Virus record (IMG/VR): IMGVR_UViG_3300047496_000382
DNA: 64,000 nt
Reading direction: 5' to 3' (one strand)
Origin: a virus
Each line of letters begins with the position of its first letter. Positions within the stretch are counted from its first letter, which is position 1. Shown one piece after another: positions 1 to 8,404 of the stretch. The position numbers were made by a program, and so were the translations under genes. Below the pieces are notes generated by a model that was not told the DNA's origin, did not search any database, and worked only from the letters and a program-made list of their open reading frames with translations.

Positions 1-226
1 GGTCCGTGCGCTGGAGGTAGACCGTGGTTGTGTCGACCGCGCGAAGACGCGTGTGGAGCTTCTTGAGCATCTCCGAGAACGTGCTGTGCTCGAAGGGCTC
101 GCAGCTGCGTCCATCTGCATCCTCGGTCGTCAGACTGCCCTCCGACAACTCCGTGTGCGGCAACCGCCGGTACTGCAGCAGGACGTACGGAATCGCAAAG
201 GACGTGATGGCTTCTTGCGCGCTCAT
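1..226 (-). CDS. hypothetical protein, runs off the window edge
   Basis: Manual translation MSAQEAITSFAIPYVLLQYRRLPHTELSEG...; ATG overlaps the stop of 223..705 (ATGA); open to position 1. Confidence 0.55.
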   Translation of the reverse strand, partial: MSAQEAITSFAIPYVLLQYRRLPHTELSEGSLTTEDADGRSCEPFEHSTFSEMLKKLHTRLRAVDTTTVYLQRTD

Positions 227-705
227 GTGCAGTCGAGCTCCTCGAGAATCTTCGTTGCGTAGCTGTGCGGCCGCGCGATGCGGTAGATAACCGCTCCCTC
301 TGGCGCCGCGCCGAAGTACACACGCGTGCCGTCCCAGAGCTCCAGCGATTCGAGGACTGTGCGTGCCTGTCCGAGAACCTGCGTCCCCCGCACGCGACGG
401 ATGGGTACGGTCTTGAGCAGCTCGGTGACGTCGTCGAGTGAGCAGCTCTGTTCCGCGGGCAGGCCGAGCCCGTGCATCGCGGCGAAGGCTTCTTCAGGAG
501 TGAGGTCCTGTACGCCATGCACGCGAAGGATGTTCGGGTCAACGCGGTCTTCGTTCAAACACTCGGCCTTCTTGCCGCAGCGCACGCAGACGTAGCCATC
601 TGGCCAAAAGCTGCTGGCGCGTCCCACCAAGAGGTCGACCTTCGCGTCCTCGTCCATGACCCTCAAGACCACGGGACACGCGCGGCAGATGATGAGCAGG
701 CTCAT
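223..705 (-). CDS. hypothetical protein with CxxC pairs (putative Zn-binding)
   Basis: CRAC and CVRC motifs; start/stop coupled to neighbours. Confidence 0.6.
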   Translation of the reverse strand: MSLLIICRACPVVLRVMDEDAKVDLLVGRASSFWPDGYVCVRCGKKAECLNEDRVDPNILRVHGVQDLTPEEAFAAMHGLGLPAEQSCSLDDVTELLKTVPIRRVRGTQVLGQARTVLESLELWDGTRVYFGAAPEGAVIYRIARPHSYATKILEELDCT

Positions 706-1286
706 GCTTGCGCCACTCCATCCTCGTCAGTGCCGGGACCCTTGGTCAGGCCCGGGTCGACGCCTTCACGTACGCGAACGATGGGGTTGCCTGCTTCGTC
801 CTTCGCGATGGTGCGTGAGGGCACGACGCGTTTTCCGGAAGGGAGGACCTGTACTCGCGAAGGTCCTGGCGCAGGCGGCGATGCAACGGTGAGTTCGGCC
901 GGCAGCTCAATCGCTGGTGGCGCGGGTGCGTCGTCCTGCTCGAGGACAGTGGGTGACGCTTCGTCCTCGCCGCCATCACCGCCGAACACGTGGACGTGGC
1001 CCTCTTCATCGTCGTCGTCTCGTACGTTTGCCCGCACAGGCGGAGACGCTTCTTCCTGCACAGCCAATCGCGGAGTGCGCACCGAGGGCGCAGTCGGCAC
1101 AGCACGCGGACGAGGAGCTCCGTTCTGCGCGACAGCCAGCTGCACGACCGCGGAGGCGCCTTCGTCATCGATGAGCGCGCGCAACAACTCACCGCTGCTG
1201 AGACGCAGCACCAAGTAGGTCGCACTCGTTCCGCTCTCGAGCTGCATCTCTTGGGTGATGGCAGTGATGGAGACCTGGAGTTCCAT
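702..1286 (-). CDS. hypothetical protein, acidic/Pro-rich
   Basis: Likely start MELQVSITAITQEM at 1286; the longer ORF start overlaps the upstream gene. Confidence 0.6.
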   Translation of the reverse strand: MELQVSITAITQEMQLESGTSATYLVLRLSSGELLRALIDDEGASAVVQLAVAQNGAPRPRAVPTAPSVRTPRLAVQEEASPPVRANVRDDDDEEGHVHVFGGDGGEDEASPTVLEQDDAPAPPAIELPAELTVASPPAPGPSRVQVLPSGKRVVPSRTIAKDEAGNPIVRVREGVDPGLTKGPGTDEDGVAQA

Positions 1287-1288
1287 CG

Positions 1289-1573
1289 CTACCTCGGGTT
1301 GCCGGGCGCCGCTTGCGCTGTTCGCAGGTTGTCTTTGGTCAGTGAGACGAGCTGCGAGACCGTCTGCGCAAGGACCACGACGTGCTTGCCGACGCGATGG
1401 GCGTTGACGAGCATCGAGCACGAAGCCCACGCCTTGTCAGCGTAGTCGACACCTTCGGGACGCTCTGTTGGCCCGAGATAGGACATGCACGCAGGACCAC
1501 AAACGCGCTCGGCGTTGAGGAAGCAGTAGAGCTTCGTTGCCGGCTTCGGCTCAGGACTGTTGTTGCTCTGCAC
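1289..1573 (-). CDS. hypothetical Cys-containing protein
   Basis: GTG start inferred; CFLNAERVCGPACMSY motif; tight gene packing. Confidence 0.5.
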   Translation of the reverse strand: MQSNNSPEPKPATKLYCFLNAERVCGPACMSYLGPTERPEGVDYADKAWASCSMLVNAHRVGKHVVVLAQTVSQLVSLTKDNLRTAQAAPGNPR

Positions 1574-2003
1574 GGATGCGCTCCTTCTCCAGCTGCGCGC
1601 GGGTTTCGAAGATGCCTTTGGCGGCGCTCTGCGCAATGACGCCGATGTAGCGCGCGAGCGCACGCCCAAGACGCTGACGTGTCTCTTGGTTCGAGTCCGG
1701 AGTGACTGTTTCGAGGAAGCCCCACTTCATCAACAGCGCGCCGAGCTCTGTTGCGAAGGTGCGCGCGAAGAGGTTGCGGATGTCGAGGAAGAACTGGCGT
1801 GCGATTTCGTCCTGACTTCCGCTGCCATGGCTGAAGTGATGGACGAGTAGGTCTTCGACTTGCCCCTTCCAGCTACAGACTTCGCACTGTGCGTTCCCAC
1901 CTGCGAGCAGCGACGCGGTGACGTCAGCGCCCCCGCAGGTAGGGCAGAAGTACGCCTTGTCCTTGTTGGGCGCACCGTTGTTGCCGTTGGCGGGAAGAGT
2001 CAT
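1551..2003 (-). CDS. zinc-ribbon protein
   Basis: CPTCGG...CEVCSW double CxxC. Confidence 0.65.
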   Translation of the reverse strand: MTLPANGNNGAPNKDKAYFCPTCGGADVTASLLAGGNAQCEVCSWKGQVEDLLVHHFSHGSGSQDEIARQFFLDIRNLFARTFATELGALLMKWGFLETVTPDSNQETRQRLGRALARYIGVIAQSAAKGIFETRAQLEKERIRAEQQQS

Positions 2004-2464
2004 GTCAGCGTGTTCTTCTTTCCGAGCTGCTTGTAGAGCTCGTCGAGGTCCTTCTTGCTACGCGCCGGCTTCGCGGGTTCCGGAGCCCTCTCGAGATATC
2101 GAGTCTTCATCCGGCTGCGCACCTGCCCAGAGGCCATAGGTGTGACCGTGAGACCACCAGAGGCGCGCACCTTGGCGACCTCCTCCATCAACAACCGCAC
2201 ATGGTCGGCCTTGTCGCGCTTCTTCTGGGTCTCGAGCCAGGGGAACGCGATTTTCATGTACTCCTCAAAGACTTCTTGGCCCTTCTCCTTGGCAATGATG
2301 GCTTGAGCGAGCGCTCGAATCCGTGCGTGCTCTACTTGTTCCTTCTTGAGCACGTACAGCATGAGGAGAGACTCTCGGAGTGACCCCTTCGGGGGCGGCT
2401 CGCGGATGGTGGCGAACAGGATGCCTGCGCGCGCCCACCCCTCCGGAGTCTCTAGCCATTTCCC
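2000..2464 (-). CDS. -1 frameshift extension (gpGT-like C-terminus); may also start independently at ATG 2362
   Basis: The -1 frame is open from the slippery site (WLETPEGWARAGILFATIREPPPKGSLRESLLMLYVLKKE...) to the stop at 2000. Confidence 0.6.
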   Translation of the reverse strand, partial: GKWLETPEGWARAGILFATIREPPPKGSLRESLLMLYVLKKEQVEHARIRALAQAIIAKEKGQEVFEEYMKIAFPWLETQKKRDKADHVRLLMEEVAKVRASGGLTVTPMASGQVRSRMKTRYLERAPEPAKPARSKKDLDELYKQLGKKNTLT

Positions 2465-3705
2465 ACTTTCTCCGCGACGAAGAGCTTGCGCACTCGGATG
2501 TCAAACCAGAAGTAGTTCACACCGAGCGATGCGAGCATGTGGAAGGGATAGCGGATGAGTAGGTTGAACTTCTTCCAGAACAGCTCCGCCTCGAACCGCC
2601 CTTCGCTGTTGAGGTGCGAGGGCATCACATTGCCGTTGATGCTGTACACGCCAATAGCGACAGACATCATCGAGAACTTGTCGAGCAGGTAGCGGTCGCT
2701 GACGGCCACACCCTTCGACTCTTCCATCACCAAGCGCTTGATGGCGAGGTCTTCTTCACCGCTCATCGAACGGAACGTCGGCTCGAAAACGTTCGGGATG
2801 ATGGGAATCCGCTGGGTGACGAAGCCCTGCATGATGAGGTCGGAGAGGTCGAGCGGTGTGAGCTTCTCCTCGATGATTTTTCGCTGCTCCTCGTTGTTGA
2901 GGATGTCCTTCATCATCATTTCGCGAAACGTGTTGAAGTCGAAGTCGTCGAGACGACGCACGGCTTCCTGGATGTTCGCTTGTGACGCGTCGGGAGATGC
3001 GGCCGGTCCGTCATTGGGCGAATTGCCCAGTCGCCCGGCCATTCCGGCAGGCCCTGCAGTGGCTTCGCGCTCGGCACGCGCATCGCCACTTTCCACGACT
3101 TGCCGCGCTGACTGGAGCTCCTGCAGCGCGCGCAGGTCTTGAATCGTGCCCTCGCTCAACGTGGTCGGCGGCGGTGCCAACATCTGCGGTGGGACCTGTT
3201 CCTTGCCCCGGATGACGCCGTACTTGCGCGCGAGGTTGGGCTGCGACGTAGCGAACATCGACCCGTGCCCCTCACGAAACTCTGGGTCCTCGCGTGCCGC
3301 AGGCGGGAGCATGTCTCCGGGGCGGAGAGCGAGCGGAGCTTGGGTTGCTGCGGCCGCGCGCGCCGGCGGTCCTGTCAACGGTCCACGGGGAGGCACCAGC
3401 GGCATCGGTGCTCCGCCAAAGATTCCCCCACCCGTCGGCGGAGGTGCAGCGCGCGGAGGCGGCGCTGCCTGTTCCGACATCGTGGCATTCTTCGACGCAG
3501 GCCCATCCAGCATAGGAATGGGCGGCGTCTTACCGCCAGCGACGGGAGCGTTGTACCTATTCGGTGCCAGGCGTCCCCCGGCTTCTGCTGCATAGCGCAG
3601 CGCTGCAGGGTCCATCACGGTGGACGAGACGAGGGGTGGTCCGAAAGTCGTCGGCGCCGACGGGTCCTTCTGCACAGCGGATGCGGTCTCGCGCTTCATG
3701 GTCAC
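2452..3705 (-). CDS. putative tail assembly chaperone (gpG-like) with long Pro/Ala-rich N-terminus
   Basis: Globular-looking C-terminal domain ending at a G-GGA-AAT slippery heptamer three codons before the stop. Confidence 0.6.
   Translation of the reverse strand: MTMKRETASAVQKDPSAPTTFGPPLVSSTVMDPAALRYAAEAGGRLAPNRYNAPVAGGKTPPIPMLDGPASKNATMSEQAAPPPRAAPPPTGGGIFGGAPMPLVPPRGPLTGPPARAAAATQAPLALRPGDMLPPAAREDPEFREGHGSMFATSQPNLARKYGVIRGKEQVPPQMLAPPPTTLSEGTIQDLRALQELQSARQVVESGDARAEREATAGPAGMAGRLGNSPNDGPAASPDASQANIQEAVRRLDDFDFNTFREMMMKDILNNEEQRKIIEEKLTPLDLSDLIMQGFVTQRIPIIPNVFEPTFRSMSGEEDLAIKRLVMEESKGVAVSDRYLLDKFSMMSVAIGVYSINGNVMPSHLNSEGRFEAELFWKKFNLLIRYPFHMLASLGVNYFWFDIRVRKLFVAEKVGNG
2458..2464 (-). 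promoter_or_regulatory. -1 programmed ribosomal frameshift slippery site G GGA AAT
   Basis: X XXY YYZ heptamer in the correct phase (gtG GGA AAT ggc tag). Confidence 0.7.
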
Positions 3706-3743
3706 CTGTACGCCAGTTGTACGCCTGGCTTGTTCAAGGGGCT

Positions 3744-3777
3744 AGAGAAAAAGAAGGGCGGGACTGCCCCGCCCTTC
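3744..3777 (-). terminator. intrinsic terminator
   Basis: 10-bp stem GAAGGGCGGG/CCCGCCCTTC with 5-nt loop, followed by a T-rich tract on the minus strand just after the 3779 stop. Confidence 0.7.
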
Positions 3778-3778
3778 C

Positions 3779-4336
3779 CTACGATTTCTTCCGAATGGCC
3801 TCGAAGAGTTTCACCCGCAGTTCGTGTCCTCCCCACGCCGGCTCCCTACCCGTGGAATACTGAAGGGCCGGATTGACGGGATGGCCGTCGTCGAAGGCGA
3901 GGTCGGCTGCGAGGATGACGTTCTTCAGGTGCTGCGGCGGACTGGCAATGCTCGACAGCTCCCCCTGTAACAAGATGTACGGACCTCGACAAACCGCGGT
4001 GTCTTGCATGCGTATCTCCACGTCCGACGTGAAGAACTGCGAGAGCAGCATCCCCTCCACAACGAGAAGAAGTACCGCCGGGGACATGTAGAGCGCGCTA
4101 ATGTCGACGCGCGTCCACGTGAGCGCGGCGCCGCCTATGTGCATCCGCATCGGGTGCGTCATCGCTACATCGCGCGAGTGCATGAAGCCGATGGGCCACC
4201 CACCGCCGGCGAAGACAACCTCGCCGACTTGTTCTTTCCGCACGGCTACTTCGTCGGAATCCGAGAGAACCCCGCCGGCGGCTTCACCGGCGCCGTCGGG
4301 GGAGCCTGCAGGACCTTCATCATGTGTCTCTTGCAT
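3779..4336 (-). CDS. hypothetical protein
   Basis: ORF with protein-like composition, followed by a terminator. Confidence 0.6.
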   Translation of the reverse strand: MQETHDEGPAGSPDGAGEAAGGVLSDSDEVAVRKEQVGEVVFAGGGWPIGFMHSRDVAMTHPMRMHIGGAALTWTRVDISALYMSPAVLLLVVEGMLLSQFFTSDVEIRMQDTAVCRGPYILLQGELSSIASPPQHLKNVILAADLAFDDGHPVNPALQYSTGREPAWGGHELRVKLFEAIRKKS

Positions 4337-4500
4337 CGGGGGCACTTGCTATTGGTAGGTGTGGTCTTGTCGTGCGGCACCAGGTCGCCGACCTTCCAGC
4401 CAGCACTGTGCGCTTGCTGGACCTTCCGCGTCATCTTGCAGCGCGGGTACGTGCACTCCAGAACGAACTCAGCGAATATCGGGTTCTCGACCTTCGGCAT
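4246..4500 (-). CDS. small Zn-finger protein
   Basis: CTYPRC...CPRC; overlaps the next gene so boundaries are uncertain. Confidence 0.5.
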   Translation of the reverse strand: MPKVENPIFAEFVLECTYPRCKMTRKVQQAHSAGWKVGDLVPHDKTTPTNSKCPRCKRHMMKVLQAPPTAPVKPPAGFSRIPTK

Positions 4501-4822
4501 CGGGCCTCGCACTCCTCTCCTTCACGTCCACCATCTTCACGATGGCCTCGAGAATCTCCTTCTTCGAAGGCTCGCGTGCGTGCGCGTTCGGTGCGAGCTC
4601 GAGACGGCTCTCGGTGAGCGCGATGCGGATGGCCTCACGAGTCATCAGCTGGAGGCGCTTCAACTCCGCCATCACGCGGTCCTCGAACCGCTGCGCCAGT
4701 TCGTAGCAGCCAGGACAGCAGAAGACCGCGGCGAAGATTTTGGCCTTCTCCGCGGGCACCGGCGTCTTGCAGTTCATGCACAGCAGCCCCTCAGCCAAGA
4801 GGACCTCCCGTGAGCCATGCAC
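4469..4822 (-). CDS. small Zn-binding protein
   Basis: CMNC...CCPGC. Confidence 0.55.
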   Translation of the reverse strand: MHGSREVLLAEGLLCMNCKTPVPAEKAKIFAAVFCCPGCYELAQRFEDRVMAELKRLQLMTREAIRIALTESRLELAPNAHAREPSKKEILEAIVKMVDVKERSARPDAEGREPDIR

Positions 4823-5177
4823 TCAGGCCTTCGGACTCTTCTGGTTCCTCGCGCTGGAGCTCTTCGCGGTCGGCGAGCATGCGCTGGTCGTCGTCGAACT
4901 TCACAATGAGCTCGGTCACGGCCTGGAGTTGAGCACGCAGCGGCTCAGCAAGATAGGGCGTGGTACGCACTGCCCAGTCCAGTGCGTACTCCGCGGCGCT
5001 CTCTAGCTTGCGCAGCTCGATGAGCATGTCGAGCTTTCCGCTCTCGAACAGGCGCACGACGCGGCGAATGAGCTGCTCGTCCCAGCGGAAACGACGAAGG
5101 TACTCATCGAGCGGCCCGGTGGTCGCGCGGTACGCTGCTGTTCGAACCAGCAAGAGCTCTGCGGTCGTGGGCGTCAT
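4791..5177 (-). CDS. hypothetical helical protein
   Basis: ORF coupled to upstream stop (ATGA). Confidence 0.55.
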   Translation of the reverse strand: MTPTTAELLLVRTAAYRATTGPLDEYLRRFRWDEQLIRRVVRLFESGKLDMLIELRKLESAAEYALDWAVRTTPYLAEPLRAQLQAVTELIVKFDDDQRMLADREELQREEPEESEGLSAWLTGGPLG

Positions 5178-5578
5178 GCTTGGAAGTAGTCATCGAGCTT
5201 CGACCAGCCGACGAGCGCCGCAGGGTCAGCGGTGACAAGAATGTTGACTGCTCTCGGGGCGCGTTGCGCAACGAGTGCTAGTACATCAGCCTTGTTGATG
5301 GGCCGTGTGGTGAGCTGCAGCTGGTAGCGCATCTCTGGCGGCCACACAGCAGGGAAGTTCGCCGTCGGGGGGAGCGGTGCGTCGGGACTTTGCCACTGCA
5401 CCCAAAGCAGGTATCGCGTGATGCCGTTCGCCTGTTCGATGTCCTGAAGGAACGCGTTGAGACGCAGCGCCTTCTCCTGGTTCACGGAGCAGTCCGGATT
5501 GAGCGTGCTCTTCTGAGCAAGCGCGACCAGCGCTGTGTACTGCTCAAGGGTGAGCGTGAGCGAGGAGGGAATCGACAT
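5174..5578 (-). CDS. hypothetical protein
   Basis: Likely start MSIPSSLTLTLEQY at 5578, just after the kinase stop. Confidence 0.6.
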   Translation of the reverse strand: MSIPSSLTLTLEQYTALVALAQKSTLNPDCSVNQEKALRLNAFLQDIEQANGITRYLLWVQWQSPDAPLPPTANFPAVWPPEMRYQLQLTTRPINKADVLALVAQRAPRAVNILVTADPAALVGWSKLDDYFQA

Positions 5579-5588
5579 GGGCGGTACT

Positions 5589-6668
5589 CTATCCCCGGAA
5601 TCGGTCCGCGAGTAGCGGGTCTTCACGGAGCGCGGTGAGCTGTAGTGCGACCGCGGTTTCGAGGTCCTGCAGCGTCCCAATGTTGCTGATGACCCCGTCG
5701 AAGAGCTCGTCTGGGATGGTCGTTTGTTCCGTCTCGCTGAGGTGCTGCCCTGCCGCACCGATGAGTCCTGCTCCAGGGCGTACGATGCGGATGACCTTGG
5801 CTCCGCGCTTCTTCAGCCCCTCGACCTCGTTGCGGAAGCGGATGTCGGGGATGACGACGAACTCCGGGATGGCTGCTTCCGGACGCGGCGCGTAGTCGAA
5901 CAGGCCGCGCTTTGCCTCGTAGCGCGGGTGCGCCCGTCCTTCGTACTTCTCTCGCGGCGCATCGTCGGGGTAGTCCGCCGGATAGACATAGTCCAGCATC
6001 ACGGACTTGCCCTCGAGCAGTTGCTCCGCCATTCGCAGCGCGTACTCAACCCATACGTCTTGGTAGCATCTGCGTCCGAACTCTGTGCCGAGCTGCTGGA
6101 GAGCATGTCGCGGCGTGAGGTACGCGAACGGTTCGTCGTTTTCGTGCCCGACGAGCTGCCCGTCCTTCATGACCGACTTCTTGTAGAAGCTGCGTGGGTA
6201 GCGGGTATCCGGCAAGTTGCGCTTGTAGCTAGCGCCCCAGAGCGTCTCTTCATCCCAGCCGAACCAGTCCGCGCACGCGCGCTTCAAAGGGTCCGCCAAC
6301 GAGACGACGATGCCATCGTGGTTCTTTACGAAGAAGTCGGCTGCCGCAGACTTCCCCGAACCCGCCGCACCACAGATGCCGATAATCATGACTTCGGTCT
6401 CCCCCTTCTTGAGCGCGATGCCGAACTGCTTCGCTAGATTCCCAACAGTGCGCGCGGATACACCCAACAGGCGGGCTACTGCGTCGGCAGTCTGCCCTTC
6501 ACGCAGACACTGCATCGCGCCCTCGACCTCAGCACCCGAGAGCTTCTTCCCTACTGCGCGCCCTTCCGCAAAGGTCACATAGGCTGGGTTCTTTGCATTC
6601 AGCGGCGTTGTGAGCGCCTGTTCTACTGACCATCCGGGAACACCGCCCATGGAATTACTGGTCTCCAT
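5589..6668 (-). CDS. deoxynucleoside monophosphate kinase (T4 gp1-like) with an in-frame N-terminal HTH region; kinase core probably starts at 6389
   Basis: MIIGICGAAGSGKS P-loop, SLADPLK, TPRHALQQLGTEFGR, VVIPDIRFRNE, HLSET motifs typical of phage dNMP kinases. Confidence 0.85.
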   Translation of the reverse strand: METSNSMGGVPGWSVEQALTTPLNAKNPAYVTFAEGRAVGKKLSGAEVEGAMQCLREGQTADAVARLLGVSARTVGNLAKQFGIALKKGETEVMIIGICGAAGSGKSAAADFFVKNHDGIVVSLADPLKRACADWFGWDEETLWGASYKRNLPDTRYPRSFYKKSVMKDGQLVGHENDEPFAYLTPRHALQQLGTEFGRRCYQDVWVEYALRMAEQLLEGKSVMLDYVYPADYPDDAPREKYEGRAHPRYEAKRGLFDYAPRPEAAIPEFVVIPDIRFRNEVEGLKKRGAKVIRIVRPGAGLIGAAGQHLSETEQTTIPDELFDGVISNIGTLQDLETAVALQLTALREDPLLADRFRG

Positions 6669-6670
6669 GG

Positions 6671-7066
6671 TCAGCTCGTGTACCGGCTGACGGTGCCTTC
6701 GAAGACCTGCTTCCAGCCCCAGTCGTCGAGCATGAACTGGCGGTACTGGTCATCGGTGATGACGAGCTGGTCGTCGACGCTGAGGTTCAGCATCCCGAGG
6801 ACGACGTCGTAGTCCTTGGTGTGGTCTTCCGGTTCGGGGAGGTCGAAGTAGAGCGTGATGTGTTCACCCCTGCGGTGCGCCGAGAGACGCGCCTCGAGGG
6901 CCTTGTCGAGGGCCTCGCCGTACGCTTTGTGCGCCTTGAGGAAGACCTCGCGATGCGCGTCGCGATTCTTCTGAATCTGCGCGATGAGGTCAGCCTTGTT
7001 CGCCTTGATGGAGCCGAGGCCCGCATTCTTACCGAAGAAACCACCGATGCCTGCGTCCGGGTGCAT
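6671..7066 (-). CDS. hypothetical protein
   Basis: GGAG ribosome-binding site upstream; protein-like composition. Confidence 0.65.
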   Translation of the reverse strand: MHPDAGIGGFFGKNAGLGSIKANKADLIAQIQKNRDAHREVFLKAHKAYGEALDKALEARLSAHRRGEHITLYFDLPEPEDHTKDYDVVLGMLNLSVDDQLVITDDQYRQFMLDDWGWKQVFEGTVSRYTS

Positions 7067-7084
7067 GTTCTTACTCCTGCGGTC

Positions 7085-8404
7085 TCAGGGACCGACCTTC
7101 TTGTGCTTGATGTCCACCGCGTCGAAGAGTTCGAGCGAAGTGCGGATGCGATAGTCATGGAAGTACTGCACCTCCTGGACGCCGCCGAGGTTGATGAGGA
7201 GCTTCGCGCAGTTATGTGCTATGATGCGGGAAGCACCGGCATGATACCAACCACCGCCGGTCTGGAGGTTGTAGACGTGGCCAGACCAACGATAGCGCTC
7301 GACGTGAACGACCTCATCCAACGCTATCTGGCAGGGGAAGACACCGCTCAGCTCGCGGCGGCGTGCGGCGTTTCCACGGCCACCATCGGAAACCGTCTCC
7401 GCCCACACGGGGTTCTCCGCGAGCGCGGTGAGGGTGGCGCTGCTTACCTGCGCACTCGCCGCATCCCACTCCCGGTACAGGAGGTCATTGCAGCGTATGA
7501 ACGCGGTGAGTCCATCAGTGCTCTGGCCATCCGGTACAACGTAGACCGCACGGCCATCAAGCTCCGCCTGCGCGAAGCTGGTCTCCTTATCAAGGAGAGC
7601 GTGTCGGGTGCTATTGCGCGCGCGTTGCAGAACGAACGCCATCCGACACGGACCGGAACCGGCGAGCGCTGGCTGTGCGATGAGCTGCTCAGGGCCGGGC
7701 TTCCCGTCGTTCTCCAAGGGGCCATCGACCACTACAACGTCGATGTCCGTATCGGGCAGACCGTCGCCGTGGAACTGATGACGTGCGCCGGGACGCCGTA
7801 CCGAGAAGCCCGTGCGCATCAACGACTCAAACACCTTCTCAATCGGCTGACCCTCCTCGTGGTCCGCGCCACCGGCGCCCATCCACTCACCCCCAACGGT
7901 GTGCAGAAGGTGGTCGCCCTCGCACAGCAGCTCTACGGGAGAGAACCCGCGCCCAAGGGTGAGTACTGGGTGGTTCGGGGTGACGGCGAACTCGCCATTG
8001 CGGGTGATGACCCGCACCATCGGGCCCTCGTACCAGCGCCGGTACGCGCGTTGAATAGGCGACGGGCTCGAGACCAGCGTGCCTGACGGAAAGCAGTTCA
8101 CGCAGGGCAAGTGCGTAGCGAAGACAATCTTCTTCGTCTCGCGCGGCACGTCGCAGTTCACGACCGCGTTCGCCTCGGCGTGAATGCAGCCACAAGCTCC
8201 CGGCGTATCGGAGTCACAGCGGTTCGGAAGACCCGACGCGTTGCCGTTGAACCCGACTGCGATGACCTTGCGAAAGTCTGGCGTTGTGATGGCACAGCCA
8301 ACCTGCATGAGCTCGCCCTTGGAGTTGGTACGGCTGCAGGTTGAGCGCTCTGCCATACTGCGGGCGAGGCGCATGTAGATTTCTTCGAACGTCGGCCTGT
8401 CCAT
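7085..8404 (-). CDS. dCMP deaminase (ComEB/T4 cd family) interrupted by an intein
   Basis: STC, VGCAI, GFNG, HAEANA and PCVN|C zinc-deaminase motifs; removing aa 104-398 restores PCVNCAKLLINLGG. Confidence 0.92.
   Translation of the reverse strand: MDRPTFEEIYMRLARSMAERSTCSRTNSKGELMQVGCAITTPDFRKVIAVGFNGNASGLPNRCDSDTPGACGCIHAEANAVVNCDVPRETKKIVFATHLPCVNCFPSGTLVSSPSPIQRAYRRWYEGPMVRVITRNGEFAVTPNHPVLTLGRGFSPVELLCEGDHLLHTVGGEWMGAGGADHEEGQPIEKVFESLMRTGFSVRRPGARHQFHGDGLPDTDIDVVVVDGPLENDGKPGPEQLIAQPALAGSGPCRMAFVLQRARNSTRHALLDKETSFAQAELDGRAVYVVPDGQSTDGLTAFIRCNDLLYREWDAASAQVSSATLTALAENPVWAETVSDGGRGNAARRRELSGVFPCQIALDEVVHVERYRWSGHVYNLQTGGGWYHAGASRIIAHNCAKLLINLGGVQEVQYFHDYRIRTSLELFDAVDIKHKKVGP
7211..8095 (-). 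mobile_element. intein, 295 aa, inserted in the PCxxC motif
   Basis: Block A CFPSGTLV, block B VTPNHPVL, block F HVYNLQT, block G IIAHN, followed by Cys+1; no LAGLIDADG motifs seen. Confidence 0.92.
7277..8086 (+). CDS. antisense-encoded HTH-HTH-PD-(D/E)xK (Vsr/DUF559-like) endonuclease nested in the intein
   Basis: GGAGG at 7264-7268, 8 nt before GTG; two HTH-like repeats (IQRYLAGEDTAQLAAACGVSTATIGNRL and IAAYERGESISALAIRYNVDRTAIKLRL); GERWLCDELLRAGLPVVLQGAIDHYNVDVRIGQTVAVE resembles the DUF559 core. Confidence 0.78.
   Translation: MARPTIALDVNDLIQRYLAGEDTAQLAAACGVSTATIGNRLRPHGVLRERGEGGAAYLRTRRIPLPVQEVIAAYERGESISALAIRYNVDRTAIKLRLREAGLLIKESVSGAIARALQNERHPTRTGTGERWLCDELLRAGLPVVLQGAIDHYNVDVRIGQTVAVELMTCAGTPYREARAHQRLKHLLNRLTLLVVRATGAHPLTPNGVQKVVALAQQLYGREPAPKGEYWVVRGDGELAIAGDDPHHRALVPAPVRALNRRRARDQRA

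Noticed and set aside
6821-7276. N-terminal part of the 421-aa plus-strand ORF
   Set aside because: Shadow of the deaminase C-extein and the 6671 gene; protein-like sequence and the RBS begin only at GTG 7277
5589-8404. Evidence for a modified-base (hydroxymethyluracil or uracil) genome from deaminase plus kinase
   Set aside because: Both enzymes occur in ordinary phages; no hydroxymethylase seen in the window and a UDG is present
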